In this document: piece by piece, positions 55,255 to 64,000 of the stretch
Position numbering within the stretch: the stretch's first letter is position 1
How the letters are laid out: every line of letters begins with the position of its first letter
Assembly: GCA_963827275.1 (NCBI GenBank)
Contig: CAWHAA010000002.1
Coordinates: 192,001-256,000 of the forward strand
Direction: 5' to 3'
DNA: 64,000 nucleotides
From: an uncultured Spirochaetota bacterium
GTDB taxonomy: Bacteria; Spirochaetota; UBA4802; UBA5550
Program-made: the position numbers and the translations under genes
The notes under the pieces: model-generated
Told to the model about the DNA's origin: nothing
Databases searched by the model: none
The model's input: the letters and a program-made list of their open reading frames with translations, nothing else

Positions 55255-56389
55255 CCGCTGCGCCGCCGGAGGGGCTCGGCTGGACCGTGCGGAGCCGCCG
55301 CGACGGCTGCGCCTCTTCGGTTTTCGCAAGCGACGGCGTCCCTGCCGGCACGATGTGGCCGTAGCCGTCCCTGATATCGATGACGGTCTTGAACCGCTTC
55401 GACAGGTTGCGGATCAGGGCCAGGAACCCGTTCGCATGCCGCCCGGAGAGGACGTAGGGCTGGAACTTGATCTGCCGGTTCCTGCCCGCGAGCGGCACCA
55501 CCCTGATGCGCTCGAGCCGGCTCCCTGAAAAGTAGAGGCCCACCGCGATGTTGTCGCGCTCGATGGGATTGATGTAGCCGTTTATGAAGTTGCCGAGGGA
55601 GTACACGATGGGCCGGTCGCGGTACATCTCGATCCCCTGCGGCCAGTGCGGATGGTGCCCGATGACCGCGTCAGCGCCGGCGTCAATGATCGCGTGGGCC
55701 TCCGCGACCTGCTCCTTCATCGGTATGTGCGTCTGCTCGATGCCCCAGTGGAGCGAAACCACCACAATGTTGTCCTCCAGCTTGTACGCCGCGATATCGT
55801 CGCTGATCATCCGGAGGTCGAGGGGGGATATCCCCGGGCCTTCGTCAGTCGCATAATATTCCGCGGGGGGACGGTTGCAGTAGGAGAGGATGATTATATT
55901 CGTGTCGCGGAATGTTAATATGGCCGGCCGCCGCGCCCGGGCGAGGTCCCATCCGCCCCCCGTGCGGCGGATGTTCAGGCGGTCGAGCGCCGCGAGGGTG
56001 TCTTCCATCCCCTCGACGCCGTAATCCATGAGGTGGTTGTTCGACAAGGATACCGCGTCTATCTTCAGGTCTTTCAGGCACGCGGCATCGCCCGGCTTGA
56101 TGCGGAATATGAACGGCTTGTCTTCCACGGGCGTGCCGCGGTCGGTTATGGGCGATTCGAGGTTCGCGACAATGAAGTCGTACTTGAGGAGCTCTTCCTT
56201 GATTTTCCAGAAGGGGTACTCCACGCCCCTGTCGTGGATGTGGCGCTCCGCCTCGTTGGCAAGGAGGATGTCACCCACGAACAGGATGGAGAAATTCTGC
56301 GATGCCTTGCCGGCCGCATGACGGGTACCGGCCGCGAGAGCGGCCACGGCGACGATACAGATGACGGCATACAGTGTTCCGCGTTTCAT
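55235..56389 (-). CDS. CapA / PGA_cap family metallophosphatase-like protein
   Basis: FVGDILL, ANLESPIT, SNNHLMDYG, SLHWG.E, GADAVIGHHPH, YSLGNF. Confidence 0.9.
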   Translation of the reverse strand: MKRGTLYAVICIVAVAALAAGTRHAAGKASQNFSILFVGDILLANEAERHIHDRGVEYPFWKIKEELLKYDFIVANLESPITDRGTPVEDKPFIFRIKPGDAACLKDLKIDAVSLSNNHLMDYGVEGMEDTLAALDRLNIRRTGGGWDLARARRPAILTFRDTNIIILSYCNRPPAEYYATDEGPGISPLDLRMISDDIAAYKLEDNIVVVSLHWGIEQTHIPMKEQVAEAHAIIDAGADAVIGHHPHWPQGIEMYRDRPIVYSLGNFINGYINPIERDNIAVGLYFSGSRLERIRVVPLAGRNRQIKFQPYVLSGRHANGFLALIRNLSKRFKTVIDIRDGYGHIVPAGTPSLAKTEEAQPSRRLRTVQPSPSGGAAVKTGSK

Positions 56390-56513
56390 GGTGATATAAT
56401 TACATTGGCGGAGATTCGTGTTGTCAATAAATAATTCACGTATGGTGGCAGGAGCTCCCCACGGCGGGCGATCGGAACGGCCCCTTCCATCAAATGATTA
56501 AATAGCGACATAA

Positions 56514-56547
56514 TAAAAAAAAACGCCGGCTGGATGCCGGCGTTTTT
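56514..56547 (-). terminator. Intrinsic terminator of the Loa22-like gene
   Basis: AAAAAAAAACGCCGGC-TGGAT-GCCGGCGTTTTT. Confidence 0.8.
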
Positions 56548-56568
56548 GCCCCGCGAGTATGGCCGTAA

Positions 56569-57069
56569 TTACTTTTGCACGATGCCGAAGGTGACCCGGC
56601 GCTGCTCGGCCGCATTCGCGTCCGCGCTGCCCAGGGTCTCCGACGAGCCAACGCCCTTGTAGACCATCTTCGGGGAGGAGATGCCGGCCTTGCCGAGCGA
56701 ATCGTACACTGCTTTCGCGCGGTCGGTGGAAATCTTCATGTTGCCCGGCTTGTTTCCCTCGGCGGTCTCGGGGCCGCGCGCGTCAGCGTGGCCGCGGACT
56801 TCAAGCACGTACCCTTCGGGGAGATTGTTGATGATCTCCTTGATGACGGGCGCCGCGACCTTTGCCCACTTGTCCCACTCCTGCGCCGGGACCTTCGAGC
56901 TCTTGTACGCGAACCCGGTCACGGGATATTTCGCGAGCTGGGCGTTCGATGCGGAGATGGCGCCCATGTCGACCCCGGCTTTCTCGGTCTCTTTCACCTG
57001 CTCTTTCGCGCACGATGTGATAAGAAACATTCCTATGATAACTGTGATAACTATTGTTAGTTTTTTCAT
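56569..57069 (-). CDS. OmpA-domain lipoprotein, Loa22-like
   Basis: Lipobox LITSC; GFAYKS, W.K..APVIKE, LPEGY.LE..GHADA.GPE.AEG.K.GN, KG.GSSE, RRVTF. AAGGAG RBS. Confidence 0.85.
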   Translation of the reverse strand: MKKLTIVITVIIGMFLITSCAKEQVKETEKAGVDMGAISASNAQLAKYPVTGFAYKSSKVPAQEWDKWAKVAAPVIKEIINNLPEGYVLEVRGHADARGPETAEGNKPGNMKISTDRAKAVYDSLGKAGISSPKMVYKGVGSSETLGSADANAAEQRRVTFGIVQK

Positions 57070-57254
57070 ACTTACACTCCTTTTGTATGATAATAAAGAA
57101 AGTTACCGGCATTAACGGTATTTGTCAAATAAAATTTATATGGAATAGAGGGCGCTTTGTGATAATACGATACTACTACACCCCGGGCGGAGCGGCGCAA
57201 ATTAAATATTTGACATGGAACGGGCGCGGTTTACTATCACCACGAGAGCGAGCA

Positions 57255-58100
57255 ATGAATACCAGGGTAATCCCCGCACACCAGATAACGAACGCGATAG
57301 TGGACCTCATCTACAAGGCGAGCTTCAGCCTGCCCTACGCGGTGCAGAAGCGCATCGGAGAGATGGCGGACAACGAGGATTCCGATCTCGCGAAGACCGC
57401 GCTGCGCGTGCTGGTCGAGAACTGCGCCATCTCCGCGGAGGAGGGCCTCCCGCTCTGCCAGGACTGCGGCATCGTCATCGTGTTCCTGGAGATCGGCCAG
57501 CAGGTCCTGATCGACGGCGGCGTCGCCGACGCGGTGGACCGCGGCGTGGAGGAGGCGTACCGGCGCTTTTATCTCCGGAAGTCGGTGGTGGCCGACCCGC
57601 TGAAGCGCACCAACACCGGCACCAACGCACCTGCGGTCATACATACCGACCTCACCGCCGGCGACCGCGTCTCGCTCACCGTATACCTGAAGGGGGGCGG
57701 CTCGGAGAACATGTCGTCGCTGCGGATGTTCCGGCCCACCGACCCGGAGAAAGCCATCATCAATTATATAGAAGATACTGTCGTGAAAGCGGGCCCCAAC
57801 CCGTGTCCGCCGCTCTTCCTGGGCGTGGGGATCGGGGGCACCGCGGACACCGCCATGCTGAACGCGAAGAAGGCGGTGCTGCGCGGGCCGGGGACGCGGC
57901 ACCCGGACCCGGCATACGCCGACCTGGAGGCCCGCATCGAGGAGCGCCTGAACAGGACCGGCATCGGGCCCCTGGGGTTCGGCGGGAGGAACACGGTCGG
58001 CGGCGTGTTCATACGCGAGGCGCCCACCCATATCGCCATGCTGCCGGTGGCCCTTAACCTGAACTGCCACTCGCTCCGTTACGGGACGGTAGAGCTATGA
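57255..58100 (+). CDS. Class I fumarate hydratase alpha subunit (Fe-S; tartrate dehydratase alpha family)
   Basis: PLCQDCG, YLRKSVV.DPL.R.NTG.N.PA, KGGGSEN, GPNPCPP, GIGPLGFGG, HIA.LPVA.NLNCH. Confidence 0.9.
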   Translation: MNTRVIPAHQITNAIVDLIYKASFSLPYAVQKRIGEMADNEDSDLAKTALRVLVENCAISAEEGLPLCQDCGIVIVFLEIGQQVLIDGGVADAVDRGVEEAYRRFYLRKSVVADPLKRTNTGTNAPAVIHTDLTAGDRVSLTVYLKGGGSENMSSLRMFRPTDPEKAIINYIEDTVVKAGPNPCPPLFLGVGIGGTADTAMLNAKKAVLRGPGTRHPDPAYADLEARIEERLNRTGIGPLGFGGRNTVGGVFIREAPTHIAMLPVALNLNCHSLRYGTVEL

Positions 58101-58651
58101 CGGGCGAATGGCGGAGCATCACGACCCCCCTCACGGAAGGGGTCATCGAGTCGCTGAAGAGCGGCGACCGCCTGCTCCTGACCGGGACCGTGTTCGCCGC
58201 GCGCGACAAAGCGCACGAGCGGCTCTGCTCCATGGCGGCGCGCGGCGAAACGCTCCCGATCGACCCGGCGGGGCAGCTCATCTACTACATGGGGCCGAGC
58301 CCGGCGCCGCCGGGCAAAATCATCGGCGCGGCCGGTCCCACCACCTCGTCGCGGATGGACGCCTTCACCGAAGAGATCTTAAAAATGGGCGTGAAGGGCA
58401 TGATCGGCAAGGGAAAGCGCGACCACACGACCCGCGAGCTCCTGGCCTGGCACCGGGCCGTGTACTTCGCCACCTTCGGCGGCGCCGGCTCGTACCTGGC
58501 GAAGCGGATCACGGCGGCGACCTGCGTCGCGTTCGAAGACCTCGGCGCGGAGGCGGTGTACCTGCTCCGTGTCGAGCGGTTCCCCCTCATCGTCATCAAC
58601 GACATATACGGCGGCGACCTGTATGAAGATGCGCTTCAACAGCGGGGCTGA
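58097..58651 (+). CDS. Class I fumarate hydratase beta subunit
   Basis: LKSGD...LTG....ARDKAH, GPTTSSRMD, MIGKG, GGAG, EDLGAEA, D..GGDLY. Confidence 0.9.
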   Translation: MTGEWRSITTPLTEGVIESLKSGDRLLLTGTVFAARDKAHERLCSMAARGETLPIDPAGQLIYYMGPSPAPPGKIIGAAGPTTSSRMDAFTEEILKMGVKGMIGKGKRDHTTRELLAWHRAVYFATFGGAGSYLAKRITAATCVAFEDLGAEAVYLLRVERFPLIVINDIYGGDLYEDALQQRG

Positions 58652-59219
58652 GTTCGAAGAATTCAAGGAGGAGCTGCGCCGCAGGCTCGCGTCGCGGCCG
58701 AACCGCGAGCTCGAGGAGACCGGGCTCAAGCACTCGGCCGTGATGGTGCTCCTCATGAACAGGGACGGCGCCGCGCACGTGCTCCTCACCCGCCGCACGA
58801 ACACCGTGTCCACGCACAAGGGGCAGGTGGCCTTCCCCGGCGGCGGCATGGACGACCACGACGACGACTACCGCGCCATCGCCTACCGCGAGACCTTCGA
58901 GGAGGTGGGCATCCCCCGCGACAGGATAGAGTACCTCGGCAGGTTCGACGACTACGTGTCGATCTCCGGGTACCACGTCACCTGCTTCATCGGCGCGATC
59001 GAATACCCCTACGAGTACCGGCTCAACCGGGACGAGATCGAGAGCCACTTCGAGGCGCCGCTCGCAATGTTCGTGGAGCAGAAGTTCGACCGCACCGAGA
59101 TCTACAACTTCGGGGGAAAGGACTACCGCATCTTCTTCTACTACCACGATGGCTACGAGATATGGGGCCTCACCGCGCGGATACTGACCGACTTCGGGGA
59201 GAAGATCTGCAGGGACTGA
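58629..59219 (+). CDS. Nudix hydrolase, CoA pyrophosphatase type
   Basis: LLTRR....THKGQVAFPGG, Nudix box AYRETFEEVG, IWGLTARIL. Start at 58623 or 58629. Confidence 0.9.
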   Translation: MRFNSGAEFEEFKEELRRRLASRPNRELEETGLKHSAVMVLLMNRDGAAHVLLTRRTNTVSTHKGQVAFPGGGMDDHDDDYRAIAYRETFEEVGIPRDRIEYLGRFDDYVSISGYHVTCFIGAIEYPYEYRLNRDEIESHFEAPLAMFVEQKFDRTEIYNFGGKDYRIFFYYHDGYEIWGLTARILTDFGEKICRD

Positions 59220-59225
59220 CGGGGC

Positions 59226-60065
59226 CTATCCTCCGCACCGCCTGATGATCTCCTTCGCCGCCTTCAGCGACCCGTCAATCGCCAGCGCCTCATGCGCGCG
59301 CCTGCAGGCGTTCGCCGCGTCCTTTTCCCTTTCGTACGACAGTGCCATCGCCAGCGGCAGTTCCGGGTCGTCCCCGAAAAAGGGAAGGTATTTCCCGCAT
59401 GTCTCTATGCACGCGGCCGCCTGGCCGGTGTCAAGGTACATGGCGATGAGCCCTTTGGCCAGTCCCCGCTCCCCGGGCGTAAGCGCTTCATCGTCTTTTG
59501 CATTGTCGATGCGGATGTCGAGTTTTTTTTCGGAAAACACCGCGACAAGGGAGATGCCGTGTCTCCAGAGGCAGCTGCATCCCATGTCGTTGAAGTCCCG
59601 GACGTCCCAGCCGGAGAGGTGCGTTTCGTACGGATTGTTGAACTCGGCCCCCTGCCTGAAGTACAGGTAGGGCGTTGATATCACCGTGCAGCCGGAGCGC
59701 CCCCTGCATAATTCGATGAACGCGCGTCCCTCGTCTTTCCTGAAATGCTCAAGGATGTCGAGGGCCAGTATCATGTCGTAGCAGAGGTTGTTTTCACGGA
59801 GGACTTCAAGGGCGTTGCCGATGAAAATACGGTCGTAAATATAGTCATGCACCGGCGTCAGGTATTTTTCAAATATCTCGATGCCGTCGATCTGCATGGA
59901 CCACCCGGCATACCCCTTCTTTTTGTCCGGCCGGAGGTCGAAATACTCGCGGATCAGAAAGCCGGTTTTTCCGAAGCCGACGCCGATATCGAGCACCGAC
60001 GCCGGTTTTACAAGGCCGACCAGGCCCAAGATGCTTTCCATGGCGCTGAACGCGCTGCTCGGCAT
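59226..60065 (-). CDS. Class I SAM-dependent methyltransferase with C-terminal TPR-like helices
   Basis: VLDIGVGFGKTG, IDGIE, YDMILALDILEHF, ISTP. Start taken at MPSS. Confidence 0.8.
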   Translation of the reverse strand: MPSSAFSAMESILGLVGLVKPASVLDIGVGFGKTGFLIREYFDLRPDKKKGYAGWSMQIDGIEIFEKYLTPVHDYIYDRIFIGNALEVLRENNLCYDMILALDILEHFRKDEGRAFIELCRGRSGCTVISTPYLYFRQGAEFNNPYETHLSGWDVRDFNDMGCSCLWRHGISLVAVFSEKKLDIRIDNAKDDEALTPGERGLAKGLIAMYLDTGQAAACIETCGKYLPFFGDDPELPLAMALSYEREKDAANACRRAHEALAIDGSLKAAKEIIRRCGG

Positions 60066-60138
60066 GGCTGAATCTCTCCAAAGGTTTTTGAAACAACGCC
60101 GCCCCGGGGATGCGCTTTCCATGGGCGCGCGGCACCTG

Positions 60139-61008
60139 TTACAGGCCGACAATCATGTCCACCAGCTGGTTCGCGCCGTTTTCGTCGAATTGAAACGATT
60201 CGCTCGCCCGTACCCGGAGCCGCTGGTCGCTGAACCTCACCTCGTGTATCTCGAAGATCGCTTTTTTCCGGAAATAATTCGCCTCCCACACCTGGTTGTA
60301 CCCCGCGCCGCATATCACCAGGTCAACCGCGTTGAAGCAGTCCACGACCGGGAATATGAGGTCCCGACCCAGCGAAAGCCTGACCACCTCGTACTCCCGG
60401 TCCAGGTACGCGTACTGCTCAAGGTGCCGGTCGTAGTCGCCGGGGCCGCCGCTGAAGCTGTAGAGCGCGACCTTCCTTGACCCGTCGAGCCGGAGCCGCC
60501 GCAGCGCGGCCGCCCGGTCCAGGATCTCGTCGCGGTCCCTGACCACGAGCGGGTTGATCCGCTCCATGGCGATGCCGCTCGTGAACGGCTCGATCGCGAG
60601 CACGCGGTCGTACTGGCCGGTGTCAAACACCATGTCCCCGCCGGGCAGGGGCACCCTGAAATGGCTGTCGTACGCCTGGTCGGAAAGGTATATCTTTTTG
60701 CAGGGCAGCTCCCGGATGAAATGGTACGGCGCGAACCAGGTATGGTTCACGAGGAGGACGTCGGGCTTCAGCTTCTTCAGGGTCTTGTATAAAACAGAGG
60801 CGCGGCAGTTTTTTTCAGAAAGCTCGGTTTCGGTTTCGAGGGGGACCTTTATGTTGTGGAAGTCGTCCGCCAGGCGCGCCGCCGGGGAGGTGTGCACCAT
60901 GGCGTACCTGCACGTCACCCCCTTCCGCGCCAGGGCATTGCCGATGGCAATGCCGGTGACGAGCCGGCCGGCGCCGGTGATGCCCGAGGTGTAATAGACG
61001 ACGCGCAC
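60139..61008 (-). CDS. GT-B glycosyltransferase-like protein
   Basis: N-terminal G.TG.G.L, PDVLLV, C-terminal D.FNAVDLVICGAGYN..WE, DQ..R, NGA. Confidence 0.6.
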   Translation of the reverse strand: MRVVYYTSGITGAGRLVTGIAIGNALARKGVTCRYAMVHTSPAARLADDFHNIKVPLETETELSEKNCRASVLYKTLKKLKPDVLLVNHTWFAPYHFIRELPCKKIYLSDQAYDSHFRVPLPGGDMVFDTGQYDRVLAIEPFTSGIAMERINPLVVRDRDEILDRAAALRRLRLDGSRKVALYSFSGGPGDYDRHLEQYAYLDREYEVVRLSLGRDLIFPVVDCFNAVDLVICGAGYNQVWEANYFRKKAIFEIHEVRFSDQRLRVRASESFQFDENGANQLVDMIVGL

Positions 61009-61011
61009 GGA

Positions 61012-62325
61012 TCAGCAGGTGGAGTAGAGCCGGAAAAAATTGTCCGTATTGACGTACGCATTCCAGCCGGAACCGGTGATGTCGTCAAACGATATGATGC
61101 GGTCAGTTAAATCGTTCGGTCCCCACTTCGTCGATGAAATAGAGCTTCCTGTTCGTCACCGCTATGAATTCGCGCGGGCCGAGAAAGGGATCGGCAGCGC
61201 CCGGCCTGCCTGAGAGATACACGGCCGGCGTTATGTTCGTCTGCAGGTCAAGCGGAAGCCGGACAATATAGGGGACGCTACTGAGCCCGAGAGGTGGAGC
61301 GCCAGCACCGTTCCAATTGGTATAGGACGCGTACAGGTACCCGTTTTTTACAGTCAGGTCAAACGTGGTATAATAACTGGAAGGATATGAAACAATTACT
61401 CCCGGGACTTCAGTATTGGGATTTATACAATACTATCATATTCGAAGTGCCAGTACCTGTGACAAATCTCCAATTGCAATAAATATACCCGCTTGTTTCA
61501 TCGACACAGATGGTGTTAAAGGTGCCGCTCCCAATGATCTGTAATATCAAACAGGGCTTCAGGTGCCCCGCCGGTGAGGTTCAGTCTATACACCGTGTAG
61601 GGGGTAGAAGTCATTAAATAATAGAGCATGTTTCTGGTTCTGTCAATGGCTATGGATTGTACGCTGATTGAGCTGACCAGCGGTACGCAGGTCCCTGACG
61701 CCAGGGTGCTGTTCATGTCGTCCATCCGGTACACGCCGCCGGCGGCGTCGGCATATCTATTCGCGAAATAGATCCTGCCCTGGGAGTCAAAATCGACATC
61801 ATACGGATATAACGCAGCCAGGCCGATGTTCGCCGCGTTACGGCTTATTCTGTTCCCGCCGTTTATGGAATCAATCATGACTAATTTCCCTGCATAACTG
61901 CCGCCGCCGTAATCCGGTATCACCAGCCTCATCTCGTCAAGCTTCATCTCCACCTGCAAGCTTGCGGTGGCGCCCGGGGACACGTTCATCAGGGAAATCC
62001 CCCGGAACGAGCCGGCGGGACTCGGGGAGCCCGGCCTCACGAACGCGGTGACTTCGAAGCGGTTGATCCCCGGCCTCACGTGCAGGGTGATGACGCCGGT
62101 GGGCGGAACGTCCTTTTCGATTACGCTGAAGTCCGGCCCGGTGACTCTGATCCTGATGCTGCCGATGGGCGCCGGCGCCTCGGCCTCGACCATGGCGAGG
62201 TCAAGGAGGACCTTTGTCTGGTCGAGCAGGGGGATGTTATGGCTTTCCATATCGTCGCAGGAGAACAACGCTAACGACAGAAGTGCTGCCGCCGCGGCGA
62301 TACGGCTGATCGGATTATGCTTCAT
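61012..62325 (-). CDS. Surface lipoprotein (Ig-like + beta-propeller-like), three frameshifts (about 61535, 61422, 61120)
   Basis: Lipobox LFSC; PYDVDFDSQGRIYFAN. Reading continues in shifted frames through IIGSGTFNTICVDE, FLGPREFIAVTNRKLYFIDE and DRIISFDDITGSGW...FFRLYSTC to the stop at 61012. Confidence 0.65.
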
Positions 62326-62635
62326 GACGGTCTCCGGTTGTCTTCATGGATGTGGGTCGTATTTAAAATATAGACAGGGGATGGAATTTTCAACTCTTTT
62401 TTGGCAAAAAAACCGGGCGATCCGCGGACAGGACAAGAACAGCGATGCGGCCCGCCGCTGCCTCATCAGCCACAGGCCGGCGCGATTTTTTTTGTTTCTT
62501 CCCCCGTTTATTGTATGTTATTAGAGACAGCGCCGAGAGGCGAAAATTAAAAAGGATTGCGTGAAAAAGATTTGCATTTAATCATGCAGAGGGGTAGTTT
62601 TGCTAACAACGTACACCGTCTGCGGGGAGAAAGTG

Positions 62636-63370
62636 ATGAAGAAACAGTATGTCGTGATACCGTCCATGTTCGCCATGCTTCTTTTCGCCGTGTCCGGCTT
62701 TGCCGAGATCAGGGTCGTGTCCGTGAAGGGGACCGCCGCGTACAAGGCGGGAGGGCAGTGGGTGCCGCTCCAGGCCGGGACCGCGCTCGCGGTGGGGAAC
62801 AAGGTGAGCACGGGCGTCAAGTCGAACGCGGTGATTAAAATACACAACCACACGGTCACGGTGCAGCAGCTTACCATCATGAAGATAAGCGAAAGCCTCG
62901 AGGACGGGAGAAGCTCCTCGACGAGGCTGTCGCTGCGGCGCGGCGCGGTGCGGGCGAAGGTCGCGAAGAACGCGCGGATCAGGACCGTGTTCAAGGTGTC
63001 CACGCCGGTGGCGACGTCGAGCGTGCGCGGGACCGAGGAGCTGGTCGAGTACTCCCCCACCTTCGGCATGAATGTGTCCGTGATGGAGGGCTCGGTGACC
63101 GGCCAGGGCATAAACGGGACGGAGAATGTCATCTCGGGCAAGCTGAATTTCACGCAGCACCCGCAGAAGGGGGAATCCGATCACCCGATGCGCCGCATCC
63201 AGGACACCGCCCAGACGAAGACCATACCGCGGCAGGTCACCCCGGATGAGCAAAAGGGCGTTGATCTCCACGGCGATGACTTCGAGCTCTGCAGGCCGAA
63301 GACGAAGGCCCTGGTAACCAGGGACACCGTGGTCCCGGTGAAGGTGTACCTGGCATGGCCGAAATATTAA
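62636..63370 (+). CDS. Secreted FecR-domain protein
   Basis: Signal peptide (SGFA); L..G.KVSTG..S.A, L..GAV.A.V, FKVSTPVATSSVRGT, SVMEGSV. Confidence 0.85.
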   Translation: MKKQYVVIPSMFAMLLFAVSGFAEIRVVSVKGTAAYKAGGQWVPLQAGTALAVGNKVSTGVKSNAVIKIHNHTVTVQQLTIMKISESLEDGRSSSTRLSLRRGAVRAKVAKNARIRTVFKVSTPVATSSVRGTEELVEYSPTFGMNVSVMEGSVTGQGINGTENVISGKLNFTQHPQKGESDHPMRRIQDTAQTKTIPRQVTPDEQKGVDLHGDDFELCRPKTKALVTRDTVVPVKVYLAWPKY

Positions 63371-63499
63371 TTAATAGCGAAGGCAGCTGCTGACCCGCGC
63401 CGGCCGGCGCGGATCCGTAACGATATCTGGCGTGTCCCCGCCTCCTCCCGCGGCGCGGACCGGCATCATACAAAAAACATCCGCATGGAGGGGGGCATC

Positions 63500-63946
63500 A
63501 TGAAACGCGCCGCACTTGTTTTTGCCATCATGTTTATTTTTGCCGCAGCGCAGGCCCAGCAGATCCAGTTCATCAACGATCTATCCGCTAAAAAAACCGT
63601 TTCGTTCGGCGAGGCGGTGACCATGTACATGTACACCCTGGGCAGGGCCCCCGCGGGGTTCGACGCGGACGTGGCGGTCCTGAAGGGCATGAAGCTCCTC
63701 AAGGCGAAGAGCTACGACCGGGCGGCCCCGCTCCGGCGCGGCATGATCGCCCTTGTCGCGGCCCGGCACCTGAAGCTGAAGGGCTCGCTCTTCTTCCTGA
63801 TGTTCGACACGCAGCGGTACGCGCACCGCGCCTGCGTGGCGGAGGATATCATGGACGCCGGCACCAGCGAGCATGACACGCTGACCGGCGACGAGTTCCT
63901 CGAGGTCATCGCGAAGATAGCGGAGCGCATGGAGGCGGCGAAATGA
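63500..63946 (+). CDS. Secreted hypothetical protein
   Basis: Signal peptide (AAAQA); GGAGG RBS; ATGA overlap with the next gene. Confidence 0.75.
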   Translation: MKRAALVFAIMFIFAAAQAQQIQFINDLSAKKTVSFGEAVTMYMYTLGRAPAGFDADVAVLKGMKLLKAKSYDRAAPLRRGMIALVAARHLKLKGSLFFLMFDTQRYAHRACVAEDIMDAGTSEHDTLTGDEFLEVIAKIAERMEAAK

Positions 63947-64000
63947 AACGGACGGCATCCATAGCGATTATGCTCCTCGTCACCGTGGCCGCCGCGCCGC
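63943..64000 (+). CDS. Secreted protein, 3'-truncated by window edge
   Basis: MKRTASIAIMLLVTVAAAP signal-peptide-like start with GGAGG RBS. Confidence 0.55.
   Translation, partial: MKRTASIAIMLLVTVAAAP

Noticed and set aside
57215..58626. Arg/Gly-rich alternative-frame ORFs
   Set aside because: Off-frame readings of the fumarate hydratase genes.

Overview
Chromosomal core region of a free-living, GC-rich spirochaete related to the Leptospirae. The assignment rests on Leptospira-like 16S signatures, FliM, LexA and a Loa22-like lipoprotein. The window holds about 50 protein genes, including htpG, purM, a FadR-linked fadI/fadJ/CoA-transferase cluster, an ECF sigma module, leuB, fliM, panE, cutA, ychF, lexA, a transaldolase and a two-subunit fumarate hydratase. 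It also holds a linked 16S-tRNA-Ile-tRNA-Ala-23S operon that terminates without a 5S gene. No mobile elements or CRISPR arrays were seen. Several genes are broken by small insertions that look like long-read assembly errors. The most notable candidate system is a 1334-aa single polypeptide joining an ABC-2/GldF-like permease, an intact SGNH domain, an MBOAT and the C-terminal FIYFQF acyl-shuttle motif, which suggests a one-protein envelope O-acylation machine. Other notable items are a hidden ATP-grasp ligase/FMN alpha-hydroxy-acid oxidase fusion, several apparent pseudo-enzymes (exported TPR-CHAT, GlpX, M23, PilZ), an ECF/anti-sigma/mini-MotA-like module, and a lipoprotein-glycosyltransferase-like-methyltransferase operon. 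All family assignments come from motif recognition by eye; no database searches were run.
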